NCBI GenBank assembly: GCA_000934665.2
Contig: JYFJ02001435.1
Span: 60,352 to 80,351, forward strand
Direction: 5' to 3'
Source: Catajapyx aquilonaris
Taxonomy: Eukaryota
Length of the DNA stretch: 20,000 nucleotides
Shown: positions 10,201-19,874 of the stretch, in pieces
How positions within the stretch are numbered: the first letter of the stretch is position 1
How the letters are laid out: each line of letters starts with the position of its first letter
Made by a program: the position numbers and the translations under genes
Notes under the pieces: generated by a model
What the model was told of the DNA's origin: nothing
The model's input: only the letters and a program-made list of their open reading frames with translations
Database searches by the model: none

Positions 10201-12739
10201 CGTGATGCCCCACCTCGGCCTCGTCCAGGGTTGCCATCCATATCTGAATTGTAGCCCCTGGAAGGAGAAAACAACAAATTATACAACACATTCAGATCAG
10301 GTCCCATGATTCCACAAACACACAACTGCAGCAGGTACAGAAGTGACTTAGTTGATGCAAGACATGCAAAACATCAACTGGCAATCTATTGAGCAGAGTG
10401 TAAACAAATGAAAATCATGCTGTAGATGACTTTTAAATTAATCGCAACCAAGTGCATAACACAGCGCAAATATTGTTTCCAACACTAAGCTGGAGGGGGT
10501 AACAGTATGGCCGACTTTTGCGGCATCGCCAAGGCTCTGGAAAGAACCTTAGAGGCTACCGGTGTGACTTTCACCAGTGAGGAAAAACTGTGGCAACGTT
10601 GTTGTTGGAACAATGGACTTGCGAAAGTATGGGGGTGCACTAGGTTGTGCTCGTAAAAATATTCATCTATAGTTACCCTGTCCAGGGTGTGTCTCAGTTC
10701 CATGCTACGCTAATGTTTTTTGTTTTTTTTTTTGCTGTTTTTTAACGTCCAGGTACAATTTCCCCACGAAATTGTAGCAACTTTCATTCATTCCCTATTA
10801 ACTTACAAATATGGTATAGCTTTTGAATAATCAGGAATTGCATTAGCTTCAATCAAAATCAAATGGATTCTTTGGCTTCTTTCCACCATTCAAACATGCA
10901 AATTGTTAAATTAATGAGAACATTGCCCACAGAAAAAAGTGTCAATATAAAAAACCATACTTTTCTTTCTGCTTGCTCCCTTCACTATTCCATTTTCCTT
11001 TCTTTTAAGTACAGTCCATTTATGTTAGGACTAATAGAAGTAAAATATGAAAACATGGCATTGTCCAACCTACATGTACAAAATAATTATCCCCTTGTCT
11101 GATAAAACCATGACGATTAAAATTCAGGACAAATGTGGTAAACAACCAATTTGCATACCGTGTGTATAATAAAAGGCACTAACAACATATTAATGCCCAA
11201 TTGTACCAAGGAAATTACCAATTCGATAGCTCCTAACAGATAGTTAGCACACGTTAAAAGGGCTCCTAACGATCCATTAGGAGCTCGGATTGGAATTTCG
11301 GTTGGTGCAATCAAGGATGAGACAACGGTCTTAGAAGGATAGGTCGGGAAACTCCCCGCCATCTTGCGTTCCGTTACTCAATCCCGCCGTGGCGCTGACT
11401 GGAGGTGGCCATGATGTGACCTGGATCGTGAACATCTCACATATTGCGGCCATCTTGGTATACGCTATCGGTAGTAATCGGGAGGGGGGTCGCTGATAAA
11501 CCTAGTAATCGGGAGGTGCATGGAGGTGTTATGGCGAATGAACGACACGCACAGCGAGATTCCATTGTTTTTACTAGCGCCGCTGCGGGAAGGAATAACG
11601 GATCGGCCTTTTCCATTGCGCTGGGATAGAAGTGTCTAGGGGCTGGATGAGACATTCAATGGGGTCCTAGCCTACATTTTGCTAACCCACGTAAAAAATT
11701 GTCCTTATTTTAAAATTAATTTTGGTATTTTTTGTTTGAAAATATACATAAGGTGAAGTGGGGTAAGTGCATACACGGGGCCGCCATATTGGAATGAAAA
11801 TGGCTGACGACACCAAAACACGTCAGGCACTCTTTTGTGTAGCTGCACGTCACATCCCCACAAGAGGTGAGCATGTCAGCCATTTCATTCCAATATGGCG
11901 GCCAGTTCATGCACATACCCCGTGTATGCACTTACCCCACTTCACCTTATTAGTTTTCGAGCTATGATTGATCTAAGATTATATGGTATTGTATTGCCCT
12001 CTGATGTCACTGTTGCTAAACAGATCGCTGCCGAGGCAGGAATGCACTTGGGCTGATTTATTCCTTTGTTTGTTGCCTAACAACGGAATCGAACGACCGC
12101 CAGGCAATGGTCTGCTGACATCAATCTTGTTAGCTCGGTTAAGCAGGAGTGGGAATGCGCATTTTGGACCACTCCCCCACTTTTCCCGCCAAATTGAGTG
12201 AATTTTAAATCCCCGATAATTTATCAACTAATGACATTTTGGTGCCGAAAAGTGGTGGAATGCATGGTTGAGCTATTCATGTACAAATTACCCAAAGACG
12301 AGGCCAAGGCTAGGACCCTGGCATTCAATCAGCAGTATGTTATCTGCTAACATAAGCCAAATAAAACCACAAACTTAGCTGCACATCAACAATTCCTGAG
12401 ATTAAGACAAGATGACCAATGACTTGGCAATATTCAACAGAAAGAATTATTTCACAACTTTTTGAGATATTTCATAAATGGAACATCTGTGAGCAAGTTG
12501 AAGACCCAGATCCCACAGGGAGAATATAATGTCTCCATCTGCATAATGCAGTGGAAGATGTGGTCTGCAATCGATACTGAAAATATTATCAAGTATATCA
12601 ACACCTGCTATATGCCACTTTTCTGTCAACATTGGATGCAGCAAAAGCACCACCTGGCATTGTTGCTACATATGTGCAAATCCTACATTTGTATAACTCA
12701 CCTGCCAACTACCCAAATTAGTCAAATGGTAGTATCAGC

Positions 12740-12808
<69 letters not shown>

Positions 12809-15800
12809 CATCAAGATGTATGAGATGTAATTTGAGTAAGCCGCCCATCCAAAGTCAAGGACTTTACTCCATGTCTACTAATATTAAATGGCATATTTTT
12901 TGCCAAATTATTGTTTTGGATTCTATCACGAACCAATCCTTCATGGCATCATGATCTGATATTTCATCTGATTATTCAAGATTTCTCCACAACACAAGGT
13001 TAAGTCAACCGATTTAAATGACAGTCACCCTCACAGCCCTTCAACCAGGCAGGATCAGCCTCTTTCACTTTCAACCACAAAACTACAACTACTAGAGAGA
13101 AATGTAAATGTGCGCACCAAGCTGACCTTTCGTTCCGCCTGTTCACTGGGAAGCTAGGAATGGATCCCATGGCGGAACCATGCATGCTTCTCAACTGTTG
13201 ATCAATCTCAAGCTTCTCTTGTCTCAATGCCTCCACTTCCTGCTCAAGAAAGAAAATTAACAAAGTGTTTTAGTGTCTCCAAGCAAGTCTGATTACTGTA
13301 CCTTAAGGTGTGCTAGATGGTACTCAAGTAGAACCTTGGCATTGGCTATGCTCTCCACAGTGCCTACGAATACAAAAGGAACTTGACCCTCTTCTCTAGG
13401 GATGGTAGGCTGGGGCTCGTTGTCCCCCTCGATCTTCACTCGCACCTGCAGCGGAGTGAAAGCAATGAGGTGTATGCAAACCGCACGATGATAATATGCA
13501 GGGGGAGGGGAAAGGAGGGAAGGAAAAGGATGAGTGTAGGTGAAAGGACAACATAACAAGGGTTTTCACCACAGGGGGAACTCAACTCACCACTCCGCTC
13601 TTGTCCACTATTTCTTGTATTATTCGGCCATTCTTCCCAATAACCTTCCCCACCAGGATCCTGGGCACCTGAATGGACTCCTCGCTGTACTCCAACAAGT
13701 TGCGTGCTTTTTTCACAGCCTCCTCAGTCTAATAATACCAAAGAACAATATTAAGTACTGCAAAAAACCCTGCTGACACAGGCTCAGCCTTCTATAAGCT
13801 ACCCAACAAAGTCCATTCTGGCTTGGGTGCCCTACCAGTACTCAAAGCTGCCACTAGATTAGCTCTATGGGGGTGTTTCAGAATGGAGCTCACATTCTTA
13901 TCAGTGGAAATGCCCGTATGCCCATAAGTCATGACATGCCCCTAAATGCACGAGAGACTAGTTGAGCAAGGGGAATATGCTTTTGGTTCTCCTACGCATT
14001 ATGTACTTGGAAAGTACCCTCAGGCATGTAAGGACCAACTTAATGTAGGAGAGCCAGTAAAATCATCACCTACACGAATGTAAGAGCTCGGTTCAGGAAT
14101 ACATGACCAGTACAATTTTTCATGGCTCACCCACCCGATAAAACTGTTAATGTAGTTCTAAGACTTGTTGTGTGGCAGGAAAGAATGCATACAACAATCA
14201 TTCTACTAGTGCACCCATTAAAAAGCCTCAAAAACTCAAGCCCACTCCTCTGCCACATATCAAATGCACAAGATGAATTATGGCAACTGGAATCCTCCCC
14301 TCCCTAGGCTTAGTTATCTGGTTTTAGGAAAAATTATTTTGCTCTTGAAACAGTATATTTTGAAATATCCTGCCTTGCCTTTGTAAAATCGTAAAGCCGC
14401 CTTTACATGGGAGTGATTTAATCAGCAATATCATGCTGAGCGATGAATCCAATTGTTTGGGCGAAAATCAATTGTCACCATGATTATTACTTTCACCCCA
14501 AACAATTCATCTTTCAGCGATGACATTGCTGATCAAATCGCTCACATGTAAACACGGCTTTAAGCAATCTCAATGCCCCTTGAACCCAAGCACCAATGCA
14601 CTCATTTAAACAAAGTTAGGATTGCCCACACAAGTGCCTCACCTCGCCATATAGCTTGAAAGTACAACTGTTCTCCTCAAGCTCAATGTTGGTGATACCA
14701 TCCACCTTCCGGGCCTGCTGTATGTTGGCCCCATGTGCCCCAATAGCCAATCCCATCAGGTCCTCCCTCACACTGAATTCATCCGTGTACCTAAAGTGCC
14801 CACTGGCCGGGCTAAGGTGTTAGTACAGAGCTGCCCATAGAATATGACATTGTGTCAATTTTATTCCCATCTTTTCAACCTACCCCGCACTTGTCTGCAG
14901 CTTGGTAGATTCTAGCTGTCTTGCTGCCTCCTCTGTCCTCTTCAGAAGCACAACCTTCTGGCTCAAGTTACGGAAATGCATTTCTTGGAGCATTGAAGCT
15001 CGCCGCTTTGACATGTCGCTCCGAGATATAATACTGAGGAACCCACGCTCAGCTATGTACCTACAGATTGCTGCTCCTATCGCCTTCTGGAACTCCTTGT
15101 GAGCACTGTCCATTTTGGCACTGGGAAAAGGCAATTTGTAAAATACACAATTACCAGTGCATTGTCCTATCCACCTTTGACAGATTAAGCCAGTGCTCCC
15201 AAAATTATAATATTTTGTTTGGGGCCCCAAGTGGTCTTCTTAATGGCCCAAAATACAAAAACAAACCCAAACCAACCCTCGCATATGGCCCTGCATACGA
15301 TAACACCCTTTGCACATGCTGGAAACTGATTTTTTAAATCAATGTACATGTACGCCAGGACAATGGTGTGAAAACAACATACCGTGCAAAAAAGATAAGG
15401 AAAGGCCCACATTGTTCATTTACATACGGCCCAAAAAATAATGAATGTTTCTTCCATGAAAGGAAACAACTCTTCAGCCAGCACTTATTGAAAAACATGA
15501 CAAGAAAAAAACAAGGTACTCACTATTCCCGCAATTCGTCAGGTACTTCAATTTCAAACTTGTTAAAGGTGAGTTTGATGATTGGTGGGTTAGAATTTTT
15601 CTGTCGCAACCTGTCACTGGATACGATTTCTGTGTAGGTGCTTTCCCAACCCAAGTACTCCACCACATGGAAGTCACCCTTGATCATCTGTGGGCAGGAA
15701 ACTCACATGTCAATAATTTCCCAGCCCAGTCACACTTACAAGTTAGAATCCGGGTGGGTGGATTCATCAAATGTCGTAAGTCAAATTTTCGTCGTAACTG

Positions 15801-16888
15801 GTCGTAACCATTGCTCCATTGTAACATTAACTATGGTTACGCAGAAAATTTGACTTACGACAGTTCATGATTCCACCCCTAGAGCATCAATCTTGTTCAT
15901 ATTTTCATTTGTTATAATATTACTGCATTCCAAAATTGCCAAGTTAAAAAAAAAATCAGTTCCATACACATCAACAAAGTCACATAATGGCATATATCTT
16001 TGCTACCACTTCACAAAAAGTAGATCAAAGCAAAATTTGTTGACCAGTGGCACCACATTTTGTAAGCCTCTGTAAAGATATTGACTGAAGCCTATCCCTT
16101 CATCATTTGACCACTCCTTCGGCCGCCTTCGGCTTTTCGAAACACTGTGGTGGGTGTTTAAAAATAACAACACAAGATCCAGTTCTTCAAGCATTTCCAT
16201 TAGTAACAAGCATTACTAATAGTAATCGGATGCCATTGAGCAAGTCATCATGGAACAGGTCCTTTCAGAAGATGGACATCAAATAGAGGACAGTAATCTC
16301 AAAATCATACCTTGAATGCATGCCACTGATCACTATCATCACACCTGTGAATTTAAAACTCTGAAGGTGGTTGGTCAGTAAAAACAGCATACCACAGTTT
16401 CCAAGTTGACATTGTCTACCACCCACATATCTTCCTACCTCCAATTGCCTAACCCAAGAACCAAGTGAAAACTAAGAGTTGAAATATCTGAAACTGGTTC
16501 TGCACACAAAATTATGAGACTGCTAAGTCTGCATCTGGGACTTCAAAATAATGTGCACATAGCCTACACCCACAAGAATGTACAATCTGAAGCCGAACTC
16601 ACCTTGACCACAGCTCTCCACCAGCCACAGGCCTCCTGCTCATTGGCCCTAGAGTAAACCTCCACTTCCTGGTTTTCCGCAAACTCGGCCTTTGATGATG
16701 TTTCCGAGGGAGGAAGGCGGACCCGAGCAAAGGGGAACTTCGATTCTGGCTGCCAGCTGGTGACAGAGGGAAAAGATGTGAAAGAGGTGGTGTAAAAGTA
16801 TGCCAAGCAGTACTGACAGGAAAAAAGAGACTCACTCATTTTCAAATGCTACAGCCACTTCCTCATCCAACAAGTCTGTGACATATGC
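3786..16888 (-). CDS. Fmr1: Fragile X messenger ribonucleoprotein 1 homologue (FMRP/FXR), spliced CDS, 5'-partial. Long isoform join: 16888-16836, 16756-16603, 15687-15524, 15120-14884, 14790-14643, 13728-13591, 13445-13302, 13239-13127, 10257-10091, 4915-4757, 4267-3786
   Basis: All introns are GT-AG with matching phases, giving a 1959-nt open frame (652 aa + stop). Diagnostic FMRP motifs: [47 protein letters not shown] (KH1), [30 protein letters not shown] (KH2), [39 protein letters not shown] box. Confidence 0.97.
4383..4509. mobile_element. Palindromic MITE-like hairpin (53-bp arms, 21-nt loop) in the last Fmr1 intron
   Basis: 4383-4435 is the reverse complement of 4457-4509 with 3 mismatches; ends TATAG...CTATA. 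Confidence 0.85.
4757..4915 (-). CDS. Fmr1: Fmr1 exon 11 ([13 protein letters not shown]...[25 protein letters not shown])
   Basis: gtgcag|GCTTCCGC...AGGG|gtaagt; 159 nt; phase 1-1. RRRxTDDD resembles the FXR1/2 C-terminal RRRTDED motif. Confidence 0.9.
5662..5703 (-). terminator. Candidate intronic polyadenylation site for the short Fmr1 isoform
   Basis: Minus-strand AATAAA at 5703-5698, followed about 24 nt later by a (TG)6 GU-rich downstream element at 5674-5662. Confidence 0.45.
9870..10257 (-). CDS. Fmr1: Fmr1 exon 10 (GYNSDMDG + RGG box). Internal donor at 10091 for the long isoform; read-through to TGA at 9872-9870 for the short isoform with a second RGG block
   Basis: ccttccag|GGGCTACAAT continues the frame from exon 9. 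GCTG|gtaaca is a phase-1 donor compatible with the exon at 4915. The frame stays open for another 73 codons of Gly/Arg-rich sequence. Confidence 0.9.
11751..11947. mobile_element. MITE, 197 bp, perfect 30-bp TIRs, TA target-site duplication (Tc1/mariner/pogo-type)
   Basis: AGGTGAAGTGGGGTAAGTGCATACACGGGG (11751-11780) is the exact reverse complement of 11918-11947. TA flanks at 11749-11750 and 11948-11949. Inner inverted repeat 11779-11808 / 11875-11903. Confidence 0.92.
12740..12808. repeat. (AAT)n microsatellite, about 23 units
   Basis: Uninterrupted AAT run; it produces the spurious poly-Ile ORF 12462-12830. Confidence 0.97.
13127..13239 (-). CDS. Fmr1: Fmr1 exon 9 ([21 protein letters not shown]...RRNER; NES region)
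   Basis: ttgagcag|GAAGTG...GAAAG|gtcagc; 113 nt; phase-2 end. Confidence 0.95.
13302..13445 (-). CDS. Fmr1: Fmr1 exon 8 ([29 protein letters not shown]...HLAHLK; KH2 C-terminal part)
   Basis: ctgcag|GTGCGA...CTTAAG|gtacag; 144 nt. Confidence 0.96.
13591..13728 (-). CDS. Fmr1: Fmr1 exon 7 ([17 protein letters not shown]...[19 protein letters not shown]2)
   Basis: ttattag|ACTGAG...GGAGTG|gtgagt; 138 nt; GxxG loop GKNG. Confidence 0.96.
13870..14105. mobile_element. Possible old, degenerate palindromic MITE
   Basis: Imperfect inverted pairs: gagctcacattc (~13886-13897) / gaatgtaagagctc (~14076-14089), and tggttctcctacgcatta (13984-14001) / taatgtaggagagcca (14041-14056). Confidence 0.4.
14394..14560. 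mobile_element. Palindromic MITE (~167 bp), PIF/Harbinger (Tourist)-like termini
   Basis: aagccgcctttacatgggagtgatttaatcagcaatatcat pairs with atgacattgctgatcaaatcgctcacatgtaaacacggctt; inner pair aattgtttgggcgaaa / tttcaccccaaacaatt; TA or TWA flanks. Confidence 0.82.
14643..14790 (-). CDS. Fmr1: Fmr1 exon 6 ([51 protein letters not shown]1)
   Basis: ctttag|GTACACG...GGCGAG|gtgagg; GxxG loop GAHG; TACTAAC branch site at 14825-14819. Confidence 0.96.
14884..15120 (-). CDS. Fmr1: Fmr1 exon 5 ([15 protein letters not shown]...MHFRNLSQK...[13 protein letters not shown]0 region)
   Basis: ttcccag|TGCCAAAATG...GCGGG|gtaggt; 237 nt. Confidence 0.96.
15524..15687 (-). CDS. Fmr1: Fmr1 exon 4 ([22 protein letters not shown]...[11 protein letters not shown])
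   Basis: ccacag|ATGATCAAG...GAATA|gtgagt; 164 nt. Confidence 0.96.
15756..15879. mobile_element. Palindromic MITE (~125 bp), unclassified
   Basis: gggtggattcatcaaatgtcgtaagtcaaattttc pairs with gaaaatttgacttacgacagttcatgattccaccc with few mismatches. Confidence 0.8.
16603..16756 (-). CDS. Fmr1: Fmr1 exon 3 ([16 protein letters not shown]...[11 protein letters not shown])
   Basis: tcaccag|CTGGCAG...GTCAAG|gtgagt; 154 nt; Agenet 1/2 motifs. Confidence 0.96.
16836..16888 (-). CDS. Fmr1: Fmr1 coding exon 2 ([17 protein letters not shown], Agenet 1)
   Basis: ttctgcag|GCATAT...AATGA|gtgagt; 53 nt; the phase-2 end joins the next exon to give D-W-Q-P-E. Confidence 0.93.
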
Positions 16889-16965
16889 CTGCAGAAATAA
16901 AGCAAGTCTTTGATTAGGCCTTCATGCCACCAATGTCATGACTGCAAGTGATATTCTCCCAGCCA

Positions 16966-17320
16966 AGGGAGGCGAAGTGACGCTGCAGTAATGTAAGCGC
17001 CCAACGATGTTAATGTCCCGGGATCCAATCCTGCCCGGGGTCCCCCCCTTCATCTCGTGCAGAGTTTATTAGAGGTCATCTCTGGCTTCGTCTCGGGTGG
17101 TATCGCCGTTAAGGCAAACCACCCGGGGGAGTTCACAAAATGACCACAGCACCGACATTGCACTGCACTTTGAACATCCCTCCTGTCACCCTGCCTCTGG
17201 GCCCGGGCGTTACACTAAATAGGTACCTTGTACTATGTACACTAACACACAAAAATAATACAGGTCGATGCGATCAACACTGATGGGTGAAAGCATTACC
17301 CAGACTATTATTATTATTAT

Positions 17321-17352
<32 letters not shown>

Positions 17353-17353
17353 T
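16966..17353 (+). mobile_element. Full-length tRNA-derived SINE with (ATT)n tail and ~14-bp target-site duplication
   Basis: Degenerate A-box (~16978-16991) and B-box-like GGATCCAATCC (17021-17031) within a cccggg stem; 3' stem-loop at 17284-17302; ATT tail at 17306-17354; TSD tattctcccagcca (16952-16965) vs tattctccccagcca (17351-17365). Confidence 0.82.
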
Positions 17354-17937
17354 TCTCCCCAGCCATTGTCTGCTGAGGAAGAATAAGAAATCATGACTAA
17401 CAACAAATTTCTTGAGGTGACTGCCATACTGCAAGCTAAAGTCCTCCCACCGGATATGGGAGAATTATCAGACAAAGCTTGAGATAAGGGAACTCACTGC
17501 TAGTGCAACCCCCACTGCATTACAGCCCCACTGGGGTTTTCATGTCAAAGATATATAGTCCTGTCCCTGTAATATACTCCCGTAGAAATTTTCGTACTGA
17601 TTTGTCTAACCAACACAGGGAGCTAGAGCACATATAAGAGAACCAAAAAAACTTGGGTAGACATCACCGTAGTCTGGAAGAGATTCAGGAGACGCCATTT
17701 TCCAAGATGGCCGCCACCAAATTTCATTTCCACTTTTTTCTACTTCTAGAGCACTTACAGTCACACTCCTGGTGTCTAAATATATATTTTTGAGGTCAAG
17801 GAATCCGACAATAAGGTTCTCATACTTGTAGGAGTGCTATATATGGAATAACAAATAGCTCTCACGATATTTAAGTAGCATATCCTGTGCATACCTCGAG
17901 TGTCCAAATGCAAGCAGTTCTCAATGACTATTGCTGC

Positions 17938-19874
17938 AGACTGAAGTTATTAATAGCAGCTGACAGAGAGGGAGATTGGAATAGTCATCTTCTAGCTATT
18001 AAATGTGCTCTATACCTAAGTTCTTTGAATTTGACAGTATAAACTACTTATGGTATGCATCATGGTATTTGGAAAAAATGAGAATGTTACAAGTAGATCA
18101 TCCTGAAGTGTATGAGAAGTTTACTACTGGCCATTTCGTAGTGCGGGAGAGCAATAGGCTATTCAGTGCTGCGTCACCTGATATGAAGCTTGAACAAACT
18201 AATCCAGAGATCCCAAAAGAGTTCCAAGGGTATAATTGGACAGACAAGACAGCAGATGTACGTCACTGAATGGGAGTTAACCTATACCATGAGGTGCTGG
18301 CAATAAGCAACTCCTTTAGAGAACTAATTGGTGCTGAAAATACAGGTTACAGGGAGGCGACTGTTCATCATGAACTGTCGGGAAATGAATCTTCCAATGT
18401 GTTAGAGGGTGTCAATAAGGTATGTGAATTCATGATCTCCAGGGGTAATCCATATGAAATGTCCAGCCATGCGCAGTTTCATAATTTTATCACAAAACAG
18501 TGTGTACCTAGGGATATTGCTATTCGTCTCATGAAAGTGAAAGAACATGGTGAAGAAGGTTACAAAGTATTTCGAAATTAACGTTATGTGACGAAAAGCA
18601 AAAAAACTTTCGGATGTTATTAAAAAGGTGCAGCTACCATCAATGGAGAGAAAACCAATGATTATCTCAAAATCAAAATCAATGTTTCCTTCCCAAAAAA
18701 ATATTATCACTGCAGCTGACAGAAGCATACAAATCGCTAAAGATAGGGGACAAACTATGATAAACTATGACAAACTATGACTATGACTATGACAACTATG
18801 ATAAACTATGACAAACTATGACTATGACTATGACAACTATGATAAACTATGACAAACTATGACTATGACTATGATAAACTATGGCAAACTATGATGAAGG
18901 AAGTTTTGAAATATGATGTGTTGCCGTCTAACATCTTGTTTAATGATAATGGCTTTCCAACGAAACCGGTGAAGTATCTTCTGTTAGTTGAGCTTGAGAA
19001 GCAACTGCAGATGTTAGATTACAGCTTTCAACAGCGTGGTATCATGCAAACTGCTGTTATCTTGGACTTTATGTCTCAAGTTCGCCAAATCAGACTTAAG
19101 GACATGAAAACATTTCAGAATGTTTTTGACAAACTTAAGACAAATGCAACGCAGTACCAACGAGTGGATAGAATAGACTTCGTGTTCGATAGTTATATTG
19201 AGCAGTCACTAAAGGAGGGTGAAAGAGAACGACGGAAAACTGTTGATCCAATAGAATTGATGGAAATATAATTTGAAACGCCCATTCCCATACAGGTTGA
19301 CAGATTTTGGCCTTCCAACAAAAAAAGAGATGCTGCAATTGTGTGCCAGTAAGAGAATTGCCGATTTGGCAAAAATTTCGACAATGATTACAGTACTTGG
19401 TGGAACTATAACAGGAGACAATGACATCAGAGATGCATTCATTGTTAGTAATAAGGCAGTTCGTACCTGCTATGAGCTTAAAGTCTCTGCTGAAGAAGCA
19501 GATACCAGGATGATAATCCATATGTTCCATGCTGTTCAAGCGGGAATGAGAAGCATCATAGTGTTGTCAAATGACACAGACGTGGTTGTTCTTAACCTTC
19601 GTGTTCACAAAAGGATTGGAAGAATTGTGGATTAAAGTTGGAGTAAGTGATAAAGTGCGATATGTACCTCTTCACACACTTGGGAAGCGTCTTGGAGCTA
19701 CGGTTTGTGGTATTCTGATTAAAGCTCATGTCATTACTGGTTGCGATGTAACAAGCAAGATAGGAACAAAGTTGTCTTCCTTGAAGGCAACACCAGAAAA
19801 ATTTTTGCTTGGGTTTGGGGAAGAAAATAACATGTCAGATGAAACGCTGGACAAAGCTGAGGAATACTTTGTAA
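17938..19874 (+). pseudogene. Frameshifted transposase remnant with XPG/FEN1-like PIN nuclease domain
   Basis: Motifs are spread across frames: ADREGDWNSHL, INYLWYASWYL, PDMKLEQT-IQRSQKS, ILDFMSQVR, FVFDSY, LKEGERERR, EEADTRMIIH, SNDTDVVVL, HVITGCDVTSKIGTK. There are several frameshifts and an in-frame TAA at 18579-18581. The N-terminus and C-terminal Cys-rich finger are absent. Confidence 0.85.
18749..18893. repeat. Minisatellite of GAYAAACTAT/GACTAT subunits with a 41-bp higher-order period
   Basis: The unit gataaactatgacaaactatgactatgactatgacaactat starts at 18759, 18800 and (truncated) 18841. Confidence 0.93.

Noticed and set aside
9824..10309. Pro/His-rich plus-strand ORFs and the Glu/Val-rich alternative-frame ORF 9830-10291
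   Set aside because: These are shadows of the Gly-codon-rich Fmr1 exon; low-complexity GGN sequence lacks stops in other frames.
13240..13245. NAGNAG acceptor (GAGCAG) at exon 9
   Set aside because: GAG is rarely used as an acceptor and would add only one Gln; no support without reads.
15191..15440. hAT-like start CAGTGCTCCC with repeated GGCCC motifs in intron 4
   Set aside because: No matching right TIR or 8-bp TSD found; at most a decayed fragment.
16255..16348. C/D-box snoRNA-like layout on the minus strand (GTGATGA...CTGA with ACAGGT/ACCTGT terminal stem)
   Set aside because: Stem-to-box spacing is non-canonical, there are no clear C'/D' boxes, and I recognise no rRNA/snRNA antisense element. 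A snoscan or Infernal search would be needed to rescue it.
17279..17302. Hammerhead-ribozyme-like CTGATG...GAAA in the SINE tail
   Set aside because: The core is CTGATGG rather than CTGATGA, with no stem II or flanking stems I/III; it is better explained as the SINE 3' stem-loop.
17210..17434. Possible Fmr1 exon 1 (a TACAAG|gta donor-like site near 17225) and the poly-Ile ORF
   Set aside because: An in-frame TAG directly precedes the YK codons, there is no MEDLxVEV-like sequence, and the site lies inside the SINE. Exon 1 must be beyond 20000.
18749..18893. CRISPR-like appearance of the periodic repeat
   Set aside because: No unique spacers, eukaryotic context and no cas genes; it is a tandem minisatellite.
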